Source: Dehalococcoidia bacterium
GTDB taxonomy: Bacteria > Chloroflexota > Dehalococcoidia > Lucifugimonadales > UBA3495
DNA: 64,000 bases
Direction: 5' to 3'
NCBI GenBank assembly: GCA_030740155.1
Contig: JASLXV010000080.1
Coordinates: forward strand, 32,001 to 96,000
Under the pieces are notes generated by a model, which did not search any database, was not told the DNA's origin, and saw only the letters and a list, made by a program, of their open reading frames with translations. Numbering within the stretch: position 1 is the first letter of the stretch; each line of letters begins with the position of its first letter. Positions 34,229-44,400 of this stretch are shown piece by piece. Position numbers and translations under genes: made by a program.

Positions 34229-35302
34229 TTACAGGTTGAACTGGGGCTCCAAGTACTCCTTCAGCTTGTTATAGATTTGCAGCCGGCCGCGTTGGGTATC
34301 CATCACGATGAGACGGCCATTGCCTTTATCAAAGAAGACTCCCGCGGGCACGGAGAACCGCCACTCCGGCTCGGTGGAGCGCACCCGGCGGCGGGCCTTG
34401 ATCAAGTCCACGTTTGCTTCCACCGTCATCATGGCCCACTTGGATAGCTCCTGGGCGTCTCCGATAAGGCTGGTGATGAACCGTCCGTCCGGGTCGAAGA
34501 TGTGCACCCGGCCCGGCTCCATGCCGTTGTTGCTCCAGTCGCTGACGTACACGTCCCCTTCCGGGTCGACCGCGACGCCGGTGGGGTAGTAGAGCTTCCC
34601 GGAACCGGTGGCGCCGCCGAACTGGGCGATCCACTTCCCGCCCGCCGAGAATTTCTGGGCCCGGTGGTTCCGGTGGTCGGCCACGTACACGCACCCCTGG
34701 TGGTCCACGGTGATGCCCCAGGGGGAGTCGAACTGGCCGTCCCCGGCGCCGTAGCTGCCCCAACTGGCAAGCGGCCGTCCGTCCTTGGTGAATTTGCGGA
34801 CCTGATGCCTGCGGCCGCCGACAACGTATAGGTTTTCGTCGGAGTCCATGGCGAGGCCGGAGGCTCCGTAGGGCTCGTTGTCGGCGCCATCCAGCACGTT
34901 CCAGTTGGATAGAAAGCCCCCGTCCTTATCGAAGATGGTGACCCGGTCGAGCCACTCGTCGGTAATATAGACGTTTCCCCGGCCGTCGGCGGCGATCCCC
35001 GATCCCCAGATGAACTCACCGTCCCCGTCGCCATAGTTGCTGAATTCCCCCAGGTACTCTTCATCGCCGGCGCCGGCGCCGGCGGTAAACATGCTCACCC
35101 GGGCCCCGACTCCCGTATGGTTCCAGCCAACACTGCTGATGCTCTCACTTCCCCGGTTGATCACGTACATGACGCCGTCCGCGCCCAGGGCCGCCGATTG
35201 GGGGTTGGTGAACCCCATCCCTCCTCCCGCGGCACTCCGTCCCACACAATGGCTGTAATCGTAGATTCGCCCGGCTACTACCTGCGTAAGCATCTCTGTC
35301 AC
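34229..35302 (-). CDS. NHL-repeat beta-propeller protein
   Basis: Repeated GDGQFDSPWGITVD..VYVAD and PTGVAVD..VYVSD units. Confidence 0.9.
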   Translation of the reverse strand: MTEMLTQVVAGRIYDYSHCVGRSAAGGGMGFTNPQSAALGADGVMYVINRGSESISSVGWNHTGVGARVSMFTAGAGAGDEEYLGEFSNYGDGDGEFIWGSGIAADGRGNVYITDEWLDRVTIFDKDGGFLSNWNVLDGADNEPYGASGLAMDSDENLYVVGGRRHQVRKFTKDGRPLASWGSYGAGDGQFDSPWGITVDHQGCVYVADHRNHRAQKFSAGGKWIAQFGGATGSGKLYYPTGVAVDPEGDVYVSDWSNNGMEPGRVHIFDPDGRFITSLIGDAQELSKWAMMTVEANVDLIKARRRVRSTEPEWRFSVPAGVFFDKGNGRLIVMDTQRGRLQIYNKLKEYLEPQFNL

Positions 35303-35327
35303 CCCGTGAGTTTGTCGTTAGTTGTCG

Positions 35328-36458
35328 TTAATTAAGGAAGCTGATCTTCTCGAATGCACCTTCCACCAGGGGTTTGGCGTCCAGGTGCAGCCAGTCCTCC
35401 AGGATGGTGGTGTACAGCCCCCGGAAGTCCACGTTGGGGACCACGTCGCCTTGCTCCAAGTCCGCCGCTTTCAGGGAGGGGTACTCGCTGTATAGGCCGC
35501 CCTTCACCCGGTCGCCGATAACGAAGGCAGCCCCGGCGGCGCCGTGGTCGGTGCCGGAGCCGTTGTCGTGGGTCCGGCGCCCGAACTCGCTGAAGAGGAA
35601 CATGATCACGTTGTCGGCGGCGTCATGCTCCCGCAGGTCATCGAAGAAGCACTCGACGCCCGCCGAGACGTCTTTCCACAGCTTGTCGAGCATGCCTACC
35701 TGGTTGGAGTGGCTGTCGAAGGTGCCGTGGTCGCAGTACAGGACGCGGGTGCCAAAGCCGGCCAGGTGAATCTGGGCGATGCCCTTGAGCTTCTTGGCGA
35801 TGGCGGTGTTGGGATACTCGACGGTGGAGGAGTAAATCTTGGGGGCTTCCTTCAAGATATCGGCGCCTTTCAGTGTGTCCAGCCCGGTCTGGCCCAGGTA
35901 GTCCATCACCGCGCCGCTCCCGATAGCGGGGGAATACATGCGGGCGAACCGGTCCAGGATACGGGCCCGCTGCCGCTCCTCGGAGATGCCCGTCAACAGC
36001 CCGTAGGTATCCAAGTCGTCCACGCAGGCCACCGGAACCCCCGGCAGCACCAGCGACCGGAAGAGAGTGGAACCGAAGCTGACGACGGTCAGGACGTTTT
36101 CCTTGTTGGGGTCGATCTCCCGGGCGGCTCGTCCCAGCCACCCCTCGGTGCCCAGCTTGTTCGGCTCGCACGTGTGCCAGATGTCCATGGACCGGAAATG
36201 AGACCGGGGGGAATTGGCGTAGCCCACGCCGTGAATGATGGCGACGTCGCCCCTATCATACAGGGTTTTGATGGGCGCCATCTCGGGATGGAAACCCACG
36301 TGGTCGTCCAGCGGAAGTATCCGGTCTTCAGGAACCCCAACCGCGGGACGGTTGTCGCGGTACAGAGGGTTGGCGTAGGGGATAACCGTGTTCAGGTAGT
36401 CGTTTCCGCCGGTTAGCTGGAGAACCACCAGGACCGGGTCTTTCTTAGTGCTGGTCAT
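35328..36458 (-). CDS. DUF1501 domain protein
   Basis: VVLQLTGGNDYLNTVIP, RSHFRSMDIW, FDSH and SEFGRR..NGSGTDHG. Confidence 0.9.
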   Translation of the reverse strand: MTSTKKDPVLVVLQLTGGNDYLNTVIPYANPLYRDNRPAVGVPEDRILPLDDHVGFHPEMAPIKTLYDRGDVAIIHGVGYANSPRSHFRSMDIWHTCEPNKLGTEGWLGRAAREIDPNKENVLTVVSFGSTLFRSLVLPGVPVACVDDLDTYGLLTGISEERQRARILDRFARMYSPAIGSGAVMDYLGQTGLDTLKGADILKEAPKIYSSTVEYPNTAIAKKLKGIAQIHLAGFGTRVLYCDHGTFDSHSNQVGMLDKLWKDVSAGVECFFDDLREHDAADNVIMFLFSEFGRRTHDNGSGTDHGAAGAAFVIGDRVKGGLYSEYPSLKAADLEQGDVVPNVDFRGLYTTILEDWLHLDAKPLVEGAFEKISFLN

Positions 36459-36534
36459 CTCCTTACTCCTTTTCGAAATTCATGAGCCGGTGAATAGGTT
36501 GGGCTCGGACTCGCCCAAGCGGCCGATTTTGGGT

Positions 36535-36562
36535 TTGACTCTCGGCCGAGGCCGAGAGTCAA
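36535..36562. other. Strong hairpin between the DUF1800 and DUF1501 genes
   Basis: 12-bp stem TTGACTCTCGGC-CGAG-GCCGAGAGTCAA; the T-tract follows on the + strand, antisense to the operon. Confidence 0.55.
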
Positions 36563-36586
36563 TCTTTTTCACGAACCCTATGCGTC

Positions 36587-37990
36587 CTATGCGTATTGAT
36601 ATTCCCGCAGCGCCACGATGAGCTGCAACAGCTCACTGGTTCTGCGGGTAGAAGATTGGGTGGCCTCTTCCGTATCCCAGCGGAACTGGCCGTCTTCGCC
36701 GGCGAAGCCCACCAGCTCCTGGCGGCTCTCCGGAGTGACCTCGAGGGGCCCCATCAGGTCCAGGCAGCCGTCCACCAACTGCTCGGCGGTCAGATCGCCC
36801 CGGGCCTTCAGCCGGGTGATGAGAGACTGGATGCCGGGACGGGTCACGTCGCCCACCAGGTCGGCGGTGAAATTGATTCGCCGCGCCAGGGAGCCGCTGT
36901 TGATCCACTCGGCGCCGGTATGCCAGCCCTCAACACTGGGGGGATTCAGCAGTTCCTGCCCCATGTAGCCGGGTTGCCGGGACAACTCACCGATACCCGG
37001 AGCGGGAAATTCGGCGCCGCCTACCAAGCGCAAAGTGCCTACGACCACCTCGGCCGGGCTCTTTATCTTGGCGAACCGGGCGTTCTTGAAGAAGTCCGAG
37101 TTGAACAGCACCCGCAGCATCGAGCGAATGTCGTAGCCGGACTCGACCAGGGTCTTGGACAGGAGGTCGATGGCCTCCGGGTCCCGCGGCGGGGTGACCG
37201 ACCAGGCGGGCACTTGGGCCTCGTCGGCGACGAAGTAGTTGTACAGATGCCGGGCCACGAACCGGGAGGTTGCCGGCTGATCACAGACAATCCGGATGAT
37301 GTCTTCACCGTTGAGCCGGCCGGTCTCGCCCAAGAAGGTTTTTTCGCCGTCGTCGTGGTCTTCTTCGCGGTACTCAAATTCCCAGTCGTACCGGCCGATG
37401 GGGAACCGGGGCAGCTTGGGGATAATGGTCCACCCGGTGAAGGCCCGGGAGCACTCTCTTACGTCCACCTCGGTGTAGTTGCCTACGCCCATGCTGAACA
37501 GCTCCAGCAGCTCCCGGCCCCAGTTCTCGTTGACCGCAACCGCGTGGTTCTCGCAGTTGTCCAGCCAGTAGATCATGGCCGGGTCCTTGGATAGCGCCAT
37601 CAGCAGCTCCCGGTAATCCCCCATGCCCTTCTTGCGAAACATGAAGAGCTGGTCCATCAGCTCGTCGTAGTGGTCCACCTTGGAAACCCCGGCGGCGAAC
37701 ACCCCATGCCAGAACAGCGCCATCTTCTCTTCCAGGGGCCGCTTGGTGGTGATCATATCGTGCATCCACTCGGCGGCGCCCATGCCGGGCAGGGTACCGG
37801 GCCGGAAGATCCACGGGTGGTACCGGATCATCTCGAACCTATCCAGGGGCTCCTGCGCCTCGGGGTGCAGCAGCTCCTCAACCGTCGCCTCGTACCCTTT
37901 CGCGGCTCGGGTTTCGAGTTCCTCGCGGGGCGCGCCAAAGCCGGCGCGGCGCATCAAATGGGCCATCAAACCAATCTTTTGGTCAGCCAC
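36587..37990 (-). CDS. DUF1800 domain protein
   Basis: HLMRRAGFG, EKMALFWH, YWLDN, NENWGRELLELFSMG, RAFTGW and PPSVEGW; GTG start at 37990. Confidence 0.9.
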   Translation of the reverse strand: MADQKIGLMAHLMRRAGFGAPREELETRAAKGYEATVEELLHPEAQEPLDRFEMIRYHPWIFRPGTLPGMGAAEWMHDMITTKRPLEEKMALFWHGVFAAGVSKVDHYDELMDQLFMFRKKGMGDYRELLMALSKDPAMIYWLDNCENHAVAVNENWGRELLELFSMGVGNYTEVDVRECSRAFTGWTIIPKLPRFPIGRYDWEFEYREEDHDDGEKTFLGETGRLNGEDIIRIVCDQPATSRFVARHLYNYFVADEAQVPAWSVTPPRDPEAIDLLSKTLVESGYDIRSMLRVLFNSDFFKNARFAKIKSPAEVVVGTLRLVGGAEFPAPGIGELSRQPGYMGQELLNPPSVEGWHTGAEWINSGSLARRINFTADLVGDVTRPGIQSLITRLKARGDLTAEQLVDGCLDLMGPLEVTPESRQELVGFAGEDGQFRWDTEEATQSSTRRTSELLQLIVALREYQYA

Positions 37991-38089
37991 TTCCTTGCCC
38001 CCTTTGTATAGAGTGATATTCCGGATAGAGGTCGGACCGGCTCGCTGTCCACGCCCGGTTGGCTGAAACTTTTCTTGAATGTTTTCCAA

Positions 38090-38118
38090 ATAATAATGGG
38101 ACGCAACCTAACTGTCAA
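38090..38118 (-). promoter_or_regulatory. sigma70 promoter for the DUF1800-DUF1501-NHL unit
   Basis: TTGACA (38118-38113), 17 nt, TATTAT (38095-38090). Confidence 0.65.
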
Positions 38119-38307
38119 CGGATGCGTCCCAAATGATCCAAAGCTGCCGGCGGGGCATTCTCACCTGGAGAGAAGGAAACCGCAGTCCTCGCCTTTCTTC
38201 GCCGGTGGGCGCCCTCCCATTGCCCGATTTCGGAGATAGCCGTTAGGCTCATCCGTTCGCCCTGGGTTTGTCGATGAGCCGGCAATGCCCTTTGTCGAGG
38301 GGAGGTG

Positions 38308-39681
38308 TTAGCCGTCGCCCCGCAGCACGCCGGCCAGGGTGCCGGTGTTCTCCACCCCTTCCAGGGTGTCCAGCAACCCAATTGCCTCTTCGGTGGCCGC
38401 CGGGGTGAGAGCCAGGGAGGCACAGTCCCGGAATTTGTTCCGGATGTCGTCCAGGGTGGTGCCCCGTAGCGCGCCCTCGTTGGGGCGGTCCATCCTCTCC
38501 TGCAACACTCGTCCGTCCCGCAGGTGGACCTCCACGACGTTGTAAGCCTCTATCCAGCTCGGCCGGCCTTCATAGCCGGGAATGCGGACCATCTCCACCT
38601 TGGGAATCAGTGACTGGGCCTCCGGCCGCATCACCTGCTCGTCGGTGAAGGTCCCCAGCCCTATCTTCTGGTCCAGGAACGCCGCCGCCATGCAGTAGTT
38701 CATGCTGAATTTGCCCTCCAGGCCCTGCTTGGGCGAGGAGTGGATCAGGGACCGGGGCGGGTCGAAGTCGACCAGCACGGCAATCCGGTCGATCTCCCCC
38801 GGATCGATGGTCTCGCGCGCCAGTAAGCCGGCGGCGGCATTGAGGGCCAGGTGGGCGCTGCCGCAGCAGGGATACTTCTTGATCTCGATGCCCGTTTCGG
38901 TGAAGTAGCAGCGCCGACCCAGGTCCTCAAGCAACTTCTCCATGTTGTATCCGGATCCGCCGGAGAAAGCGTGCAGGAAGCCGAACCTGCCTTCTATGGC
39001 ATCATTGCTGGCGGTGAACCCCGCCTGGACCAGTTTGGCGGCGGTTACCCCGTTGCGGCCGGCGGCGCCCGCGTGGTAGGGCTTGGTCATCGTACCGAAA
39101 TTCTGCCTCAGGCCGGCCGCCTGGGAAGCGGCCAGGGAAATGGCCATGGCGGTCTGGTCCTGGTCAAGCTTGAGCATCTTGGATGCCGCCGCCGCCGAGC
39201 CCAGGGTCCCCAGCGGACTGGTGGGATGCCAGCCCAGGTCGTCGTGAAAATTCACGCTGGTGGAGTCTCCTACGCTGCAGGCCACCTCGAAGCCCAGCAT
39301 GTAGGCCAGCAGCATGTCCCGCCCCGGCGCACCCGCCTCTTCACCCAAAGCGAGGGCTGCGGGGGCCAGGACGGCGCTGGGGTGGCCCTTGACGATCCGG
39401 TTGATGTCATCGTAGTCCAGGGCGTGGGCCATGGCGCCGTTCACCAGTGTCGCTTCGGGCGCCGAGGTCTTGAAGCCTCGCCCAATCACGGAGGCTATCG
39501 GCCCGCCGCCTGTGGACCGGACGAAGTCAGATAATATGGCTGCCAGGGGCTCCACGGAGCCGGCCAGCGCGCACCCCAGGCAGTCCATCATGGCGCCCTT
39601 CGCCGCTTCGATGGCCTCGCTGGGGAAGTCTTCCAGGCTGGTGGTCGTGACGTATTCCGCGATCCTTTTGGTGATGTCCAA
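38308..39681 (-). CDS. MmgE/PrpD family protein
   Basis: HALDYDD, GHPSAV, GWHPT, GTMTKPYHAG, KKYPCC and KFSMNY; TTG start after GGAGG. Confidence 0.9.
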   Translation of the reverse strand: MDITKRIAEYVTTTSLEDFPSEAIEAAKGAMMDCLGCALAGSVEPLAAILSDFVRSTGGGPIASVIGRGFKTSAPEATLVNGAMAHALDYDDINRIVKGHPSAVLAPAALALGEEAGAPGRDMLLAYMLGFEVACSVGDSTSVNFHDDLGWHPTSPLGTLGSAAAASKMLKLDQDQTAMAISLAASQAAGLRQNFGTMTKPYHAGAAGRNGVTAAKLVQAGFTASNDAIEGRFGFLHAFSGGSGYNMEKLLEDLGRRCYFTETGIEIKKYPCCGSAHLALNAAAGLLARETIDPGEIDRIAVLVDFDPPRSLIHSSPKQGLEGKFSMNYCMAAAFLDQKIGLGTFTDEQVMRPEAQSLIPKVEMVRIPGYEGRPSWIEAYNVVEVHLRDGRVLQERMDRPNEGALRGTTLDDIRNKFRDCASLALTPAATEEAIGLLDTLEGVENTGTLAGVLRGDG

Positions 39682-39962
39682 GGTAACCTCCTAGGCCGGT
39701 GTATCGTTGCCGGACCGCTCACTCGCTTTCCCGATGCGCCGGCCCAATTCCCGGCTGGAGCCAACGGTCCCATGGCCGGGGAAATGCAACGGTCAGTGGC
39801 ACTTGTGTTATATTACCTGAAGCCCCACAAAGCAAGCTCCGGCGTTGCCTCGGGCAGGGGCAATGAGCTGGCGGAGTAATCGAGCCGCTTGCTGATTCGG
39901 GCATTATGTGCCCTTTAGTGGTGCCCACCCGGTCTCGGTTTAAGGCCATCAGATCATGAATC

Positions 39963-40012
39963 GGTGGATAACAGCCAGAATTGGGCGGATAAACTTGGCG
40001 GCCCGTGGATAA
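39963..40012. promoter_or_regulatory. Cluster of three co-oriented DnaA-box-like 9-mers
   Basis: GGTGGATAA (39963), GGCGGATAA (39984) and CGTGGATAA (40004); 21- and 20-bp spacing. Confidence 0.5.
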
Positions 40013-40158
40013 GCCCCGAGGGCCAAGGGGCGCCGTTGGCGTTCCTGTGACAATACGTTCACGATCGCCCGCCGCAACGTCATTTGCCTTGACTGCCCGC
40101 ATCGTTGGACCGTACTTGCCCGCGGGCTGTTCACAATCCCTTGAGGAGGTCGGAATCA

Positions 40159-41373
40159 GTGTATCCCGGAGCACTTGGTGGCGTTCGAGTGGTGGAGTGG
40201 AGCAACTTGATAACCGGTCCTTTCTGCGGCAAGGTGCTCGGCGAGTTGGGCGCCGACGTGATCAAGGTGGAGCCTCCGGCACTGGGCGACGACAGCCGCC
40301 GCCGCGGCCCTTTCCCGGGCCATATCCCGGACCCGGAGCGGAGCGGACTGTTCCTGTTCGCCAACCTCAACAAACGGGGCCTGACCCTGGACCCGGGGAC
40401 CGCTTCCGGACGGGGCATCCTGGGAAGGTTACTGGAGTCGGCGGATGTTTTCGTGGTGAACCAGCCGCCGGAACTGGTGCGGGACCTGGGATTGGACCAT
40501 GAGACGCTGAAGGAGAAGTACCCCCGGCTCATCGTTACCGCCATCACTCCCTACGGCTGCAGCGGCCCGTACCGGGACTACGCCGGGAACGACCTGACGG
40601 TCAACGCCCTGGGCGGCCTCAGTTTCGGCAACGGGCATCCGGACCGGGAGCCATTGGCGAACCCCCTGTACCAGGCCAGCTATATGGCTGCCGTCGGCGC
40701 CGCCTATGCCACCGTCGTCGCCCTGCTGGGACGGGACACCACGGGCCGAGGCCAACTGGTGGATGTGTCCGAGGCCCAGGTCTCCGCCGTCCTGCTGAGC
40801 GGCTACAACCTGCCGACCTACATCTATAAGGGGGTGGCGGGTTGGCGCTCCGGCAACCGAATGCGTCTGGGCTTGTTCCCCAACTGCATTCTGCCCTGTA
40901 AAGACGGCTATGCCTGCATCGACGCTCCACAAATGGAACAGTACCAGCGGTTCATCGACCTGCTCGACGACCGGGAGTGGGTCAACGACCCCCGGTACCG
41001 CAAGCGCCGGGCCATGAGCGACCAGTACCCGGAGGAAGCGGAGGCCCTCATCGCCCCCTGGTTCACGCAGCGCACCAAAGCGGAGATCCTGCGGGTTTGC
41101 TTGGAGAACCGGATTCCCTGCGTGCCCGTGCTGACCTTCGACGAGGTGCTGGCTGAGCCTCAGCTCAACGCCCGGAATTATTTTCAAGATATCGAACACC
41201 CAACCGTCGGCACACTGCGCTATCCCGGGGCCCCCTACCGGCTGTCGGGCACCCCGTGCCGGGTCGTCCGGCCCGCGCCGGTACTGGGCCAGCACAACGT
41301 GGAAATCCTGTGCGGCGAGTTGGGACTGGAGCCCTCGGGACTGCCGGAGATGGCGAGGGCGGGAGTAATCTGA
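40159..41373 (+). CDS. Class III CoA-transferase (CaiB/BaiF), subunit apparently lacking the catalytic Asp
   Basis: GPFCGKVLGELGADVIKVEP, NLNKRG, ITPYG.SGPY and APVLGQHN; GTG start after GAGGAGG. Confidence 0.9.
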   Translation: MYPGALGGVRVVEWSNLITGPFCGKVLGELGADVIKVEPPALGDDSRRRGPFPGHIPDPERSGLFLFANLNKRGLTLDPGTASGRGILGRLLESADVFVVNQPPELVRDLGLDHETLKEKYPRLIVTAITPYGCSGPYRDYAGNDLTVNALGGLSFGNGHPDREPLANPLYQASYMAAVGAAYATVVALLGRDTTGRGQLVDVSEAQVSAVLLSGYNLPTYIYKGVAGWRSGNRMRLGLFPNCILPCKDGYACIDAPQMEQYQRFIDLLDDREWVNDPRYRKRRAMSDQYPEEAEALIAPWFTQRTKAEILRVCLENRIPCVPVLTFDEVLAEPQLNARNYFQDIEHPTVGTLRYPGAPYRLSGTPCRVVRPAPVLGQHNVEILCGELGLEPSGLPEMARAGVI

Positions 41374-41374
41374 G

Positions 41375-42613
41375 ATGCCACCCCTTCCTCTGGGTAACTA
41401 CCGAATCGTCGATCTAGGCACCGCATGGGCCGGACCCCAGGCGGGCCAGATCCTCGCCGACATGGGCGCCGAGGTGGTCAAAGTGGAGACCCGGACCCGG
41501 CTGGACGGCCTGCGCCTGGGCCGCCCCATCATCGAGGATGACGCCGCCGGGGGCGACGAGGGCCTGTGGCCCGAATTGCAGCCCGTGTTCCACGGCCTGA
41601 ACCGCAACAAGCTGAGCGTCACCCTGAACTTGAAGACCCCGGAAGGCTTGCGCCTGATCCGGGAACTCATCGCCCGCAGCGACGTGGTGCTGAATAACTA
41701 CTCTCCCGGCGTGCTGGGACGGCTGGGCCTGGACTATCCGGAGCTTCGGAAGGTGCGTCCCGATATCATCCTGGTCTCGATGCCGTCCGTCGGTGATTCC
41801 GGGCCCCTGCGGGATATACTGGCCTACGCGCCCAATATCCAGGCGCTTTCGGGGCTGAGCGGCGTGATCGGCTACCAGGGCGAGCCGCTGGTTGGCGAAC
41901 TGCAATCGCCGTGGAGCGATGCCGTGGCCGCTCTTCACGCCGCCCTGGGCACGGTGGCCGCGCTGCGGCACCGGAACTTGACCGGGGAGGGCCAGTCAGT
42001 CGAAGTCGCCCAGCTCGAGGCGACCACCTCCATGCTGGGTGAGCCGCTCCTCGACTACCAGATGACGGGTAAAGTGGCCGAGCCCCAGGGCAACTTCGAC
42101 CCGGATTTCGCGCCCCACAACAACTATCCGTGCGCCGAAGAAGACACCTGGGTGGCAATCGGGGTCCGGGGTGAGAAGGAGTGGGAGGGGTTCTGCCGGG
42201 CGTTGGAAAACCCGGGTTGGACCGGGGACCCCCGTTTCGAAGACCGGCACAGCCGGGTGACCCACTTCCGGGAGTTGGACCGGCACGTGTCGGAATGGAC
42301 CCGGCAGCACACATCTGAAGAGGTCACCAGCCTGTTGCAGCAACACGGTGTGGCCGCCATGCCCGTGATGAGCATCGAAGGCCAGTTCATGGACCCTCAC
42401 CTACAGGAGCGCCAGGCCTTTGCCGAGGTTGAGCACCCCCACGTGGGCGCGGAGTGGGTGTACGGGATGCCGTGGCTGCTGAGCGACACTCCGGGCAGCG
42501 TCCGCACCGCCGCGCCCCTGTTGGGGCAGCACAACGATTACATATTTCTTGAACTCCTGGGTGTGCCCGGCGCCGAGTTGGAGTGCCTCCGGGCCGCTGA
42601 GGTTGTATACTGA
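41375..42613 (+). CDS. Class III CoA-transferase (CaiB/BaiF)
   Basis: WAGPQAGQILADMGAEVVKVE, NRNKLS, PWSDAVAA (candidate catalytic Asp) and APLLGQHN. Confidence 0.92.
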   Translation: MPPLPLGNYRIVDLGTAWAGPQAGQILADMGAEVVKVETRTRLDGLRLGRPIIEDDAAGGDEGLWPELQPVFHGLNRNKLSVTLNLKTPEGLRLIRELIARSDVVLNNYSPGVLGRLGLDYPELRKVRPDIILVSMPSVGDSGPLRDILAYAPNIQALSGLSGVIGYQGEPLVGELQSPWSDAVAALHAALGTVAALRHRNLTGEGQSVEVAQLEATTSMLGEPLLDYQMTGKVAEPQGNFDPDFAPHNNYPCAEEDTWVAIGVRGEKEWEGFCRALENPGWTGDPRFEDRHSRVTHFRELDRHVSEWTRQHTSEEVTSLLQQHGVAAMPVMSIEGQFMDPHLQERQAFAEVEHPHVGAEWVYGMPWLLSDTPGSVRTAAPLLGQHNDYIFLELLGVPGAELECLRAAEVVY

Positions 42614-42821
42614 CCCGGTAGGGCTTCCACCCCCCTCGGGCTTTCAGCCCCAGCCCGTCGGCCTCTCGCCCACACCGGCTGCTGTCAATCCCCGGCTTTA
42701 TCTTGGGCTGGCTTCGACCGGCGGCCTGGATTCGGGCGTTCTCCAGTGGGGCTCGGCCTGGCTGATACCTGAGGTATCTGGATGAGCCAACCGGACAAGT
42801 CGAATAACGTGATGTTGCACA

Positions 42822-44219
42822 TTGATTAGCTCGCCCCCTAAAAGCGAAGAGAAGCGGCGTCCTCGCATCTTCTACGGCTGGTGGATAGTCTTGGTCAGCA
42901 TGATCGTGGACGCCCTCAAGCAGGGCACATTCAACCGGGGATTCACTATCTTCGTTCTGCCCATCGAGACTGAACTGGGTATCAGCCGGTCCGCGGTGGC
43001 CATGGCGGATGGCGTGGGACGCCTGGTGGGTGCGGTTGAAGGGCCGGTGGCGGGCATCATGACCGACCGGTTGGGCCCCCGGATAATGATCGCTTTCGGG
43101 GGAATCGTTTCCGGACTGGGGTTCATCCTCCTGGCCCGAATCGACAGCTACACAACTTTCATGCTGGTCTTCGTAGGCGTATTGTCCGTGGGCTTTCGCG
43201 GCGGCTACAGCAACGCTACGATGGCCGCGGTGAACCAATGGTTCCGGCGCAAGAAGAGCCTGGCCATGGCCCTGGTGTCGACCGGCCACGGTGTCGGTGG
43301 CGCGTTTTTGACCCCTCTGGTAGCTGTCTTGGTGTTCAGATTGGACTGGCGATGGGCCGCATTCATCTCCGGCGTAACCATCATCGCGTTGGTCGTGCCG
43401 TTGTCGGTGCTCGTCCGGCGGACCCCCGAGAGCATGGGCCTGCTGCCCGACGGGGATAGCGTGCCCCGCGAACCGGTCTCGCGACGGGTCGAACCGCGTG
43501 GGGAAGGGGTTCCTACCCCCAAGGCCGCGGGACCGGTCATCTCGGCGCGTGCGGCCCGCCGGAGTTCCCCCGGCGTCGATTTCACCGCTAGCGAAGGGAT
43601 GAAGACCTTCTCCTACTGGATGTTGGTGATCGCCGTGGGGCTGCGCAACACGGTCCACGCCGGGGTCAGTTTTCACCTCGCGCCCATGATGGTCTGGTCT
43701 GGCACCAGCGAACCCCAAGCCGCATTTTTGGTGAGCCTGACGGCTTTCGGAGCTCTGGTGTTCAACCCTGCGGTGGGATGGATGGGAGATGCCTGGTCGA
43801 AACGGAAGATGAGCGCCATAACCATGGCCGTCGGCGCGGTTGCCATGCTGATGTTGCTGGCCGGCAGCGCGAACCTGTGGTACCTGTCTCTCTTCGTTGT
43901 CCTGCTGGCCTTCGCCGAGAGCGCCAATCCGTTGGCCACGGCCATTTTGGGAGATTACTTCGGCCGGAGGAGCTTTGCCACCCTGCGGGGATGGCAGCAT
44001 CTGCCCGACCAGATCATGTCCATGACCACCCCGGTTTGGATGGGGTTTGTTTTCGACCGCACGGACAGCTACTATTGGTCGTTGGTGCCCCTGGCGAGCA
44101 TGTATGTCCTGGCCACCGGGTTCTTCTGGTGGCTTCCCCGGCCGCCGCCGCCGGCCCGGTTGCGCGGCCCGAAGCCACCTGCCGAAGAGGCCCAGCAAGG
44201 GGTTCCTGGGTTACAATAG
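42822..44219 (+). CDS. MFS transporter
   Basis: IFYGWWIV, GIMTDRLGPR, WFRRKKSLA and DYFGRRSFATLRG; about 12 TM segments. Confidence 0.9.
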   Translation: MISSPPKSEEKRRPRIFYGWWIVLVSMIVDALKQGTFNRGFTIFVLPIETELGISRSAVAMADGVGRLVGAVEGPVAGIMTDRLGPRIMIAFGGIVSGLGFILLARIDSYTTFMLVFVGVLSVGFRGGYSNATMAAVNQWFRRKKSLAMALVSTGHGVGGAFLTPLVAVLVFRLDWRWAAFISGVTIIALVVPLSVLVRRTPESMGLLPDGDSVPREPVSRRVEPRGEGVPTPKAAGPVISARAARRSSPGVDFTASEGMKTFSYWMLVIAVGLRNTVHAGVSFHLAPMMVWSGTSEPQAAFLVSLTAFGALVFNPAVGWMGDAWSKRKMSAITMAVGAVAMLMLLAGSANLWYLSLFVVLLAFAESANPLATAILGDYFGRRSFATLRGWQHLPDQIMSMTTPVWMGFVFDRTDSYYWSLVPLASMYVLATGFFWWLPRPPPPARLRGPKPPAEEAQQGVPGLQ

Positions 44220-44400
44220 CACGGGCTTCCGGCGGTGGAGCGGCGAGTGTATTATGGTCCATGGCGAACTTGTTTAGGGACCGGCCGGCGACCGGCCGGT
44301 ACTTGGAGCAGGACAGGCCTTGCCCGATGGCCCGGTAACGGCCAAGGCATGGATAACCGGGGTGACATAGATAAGGATTGGTATAGAACGGAGGTAACAC

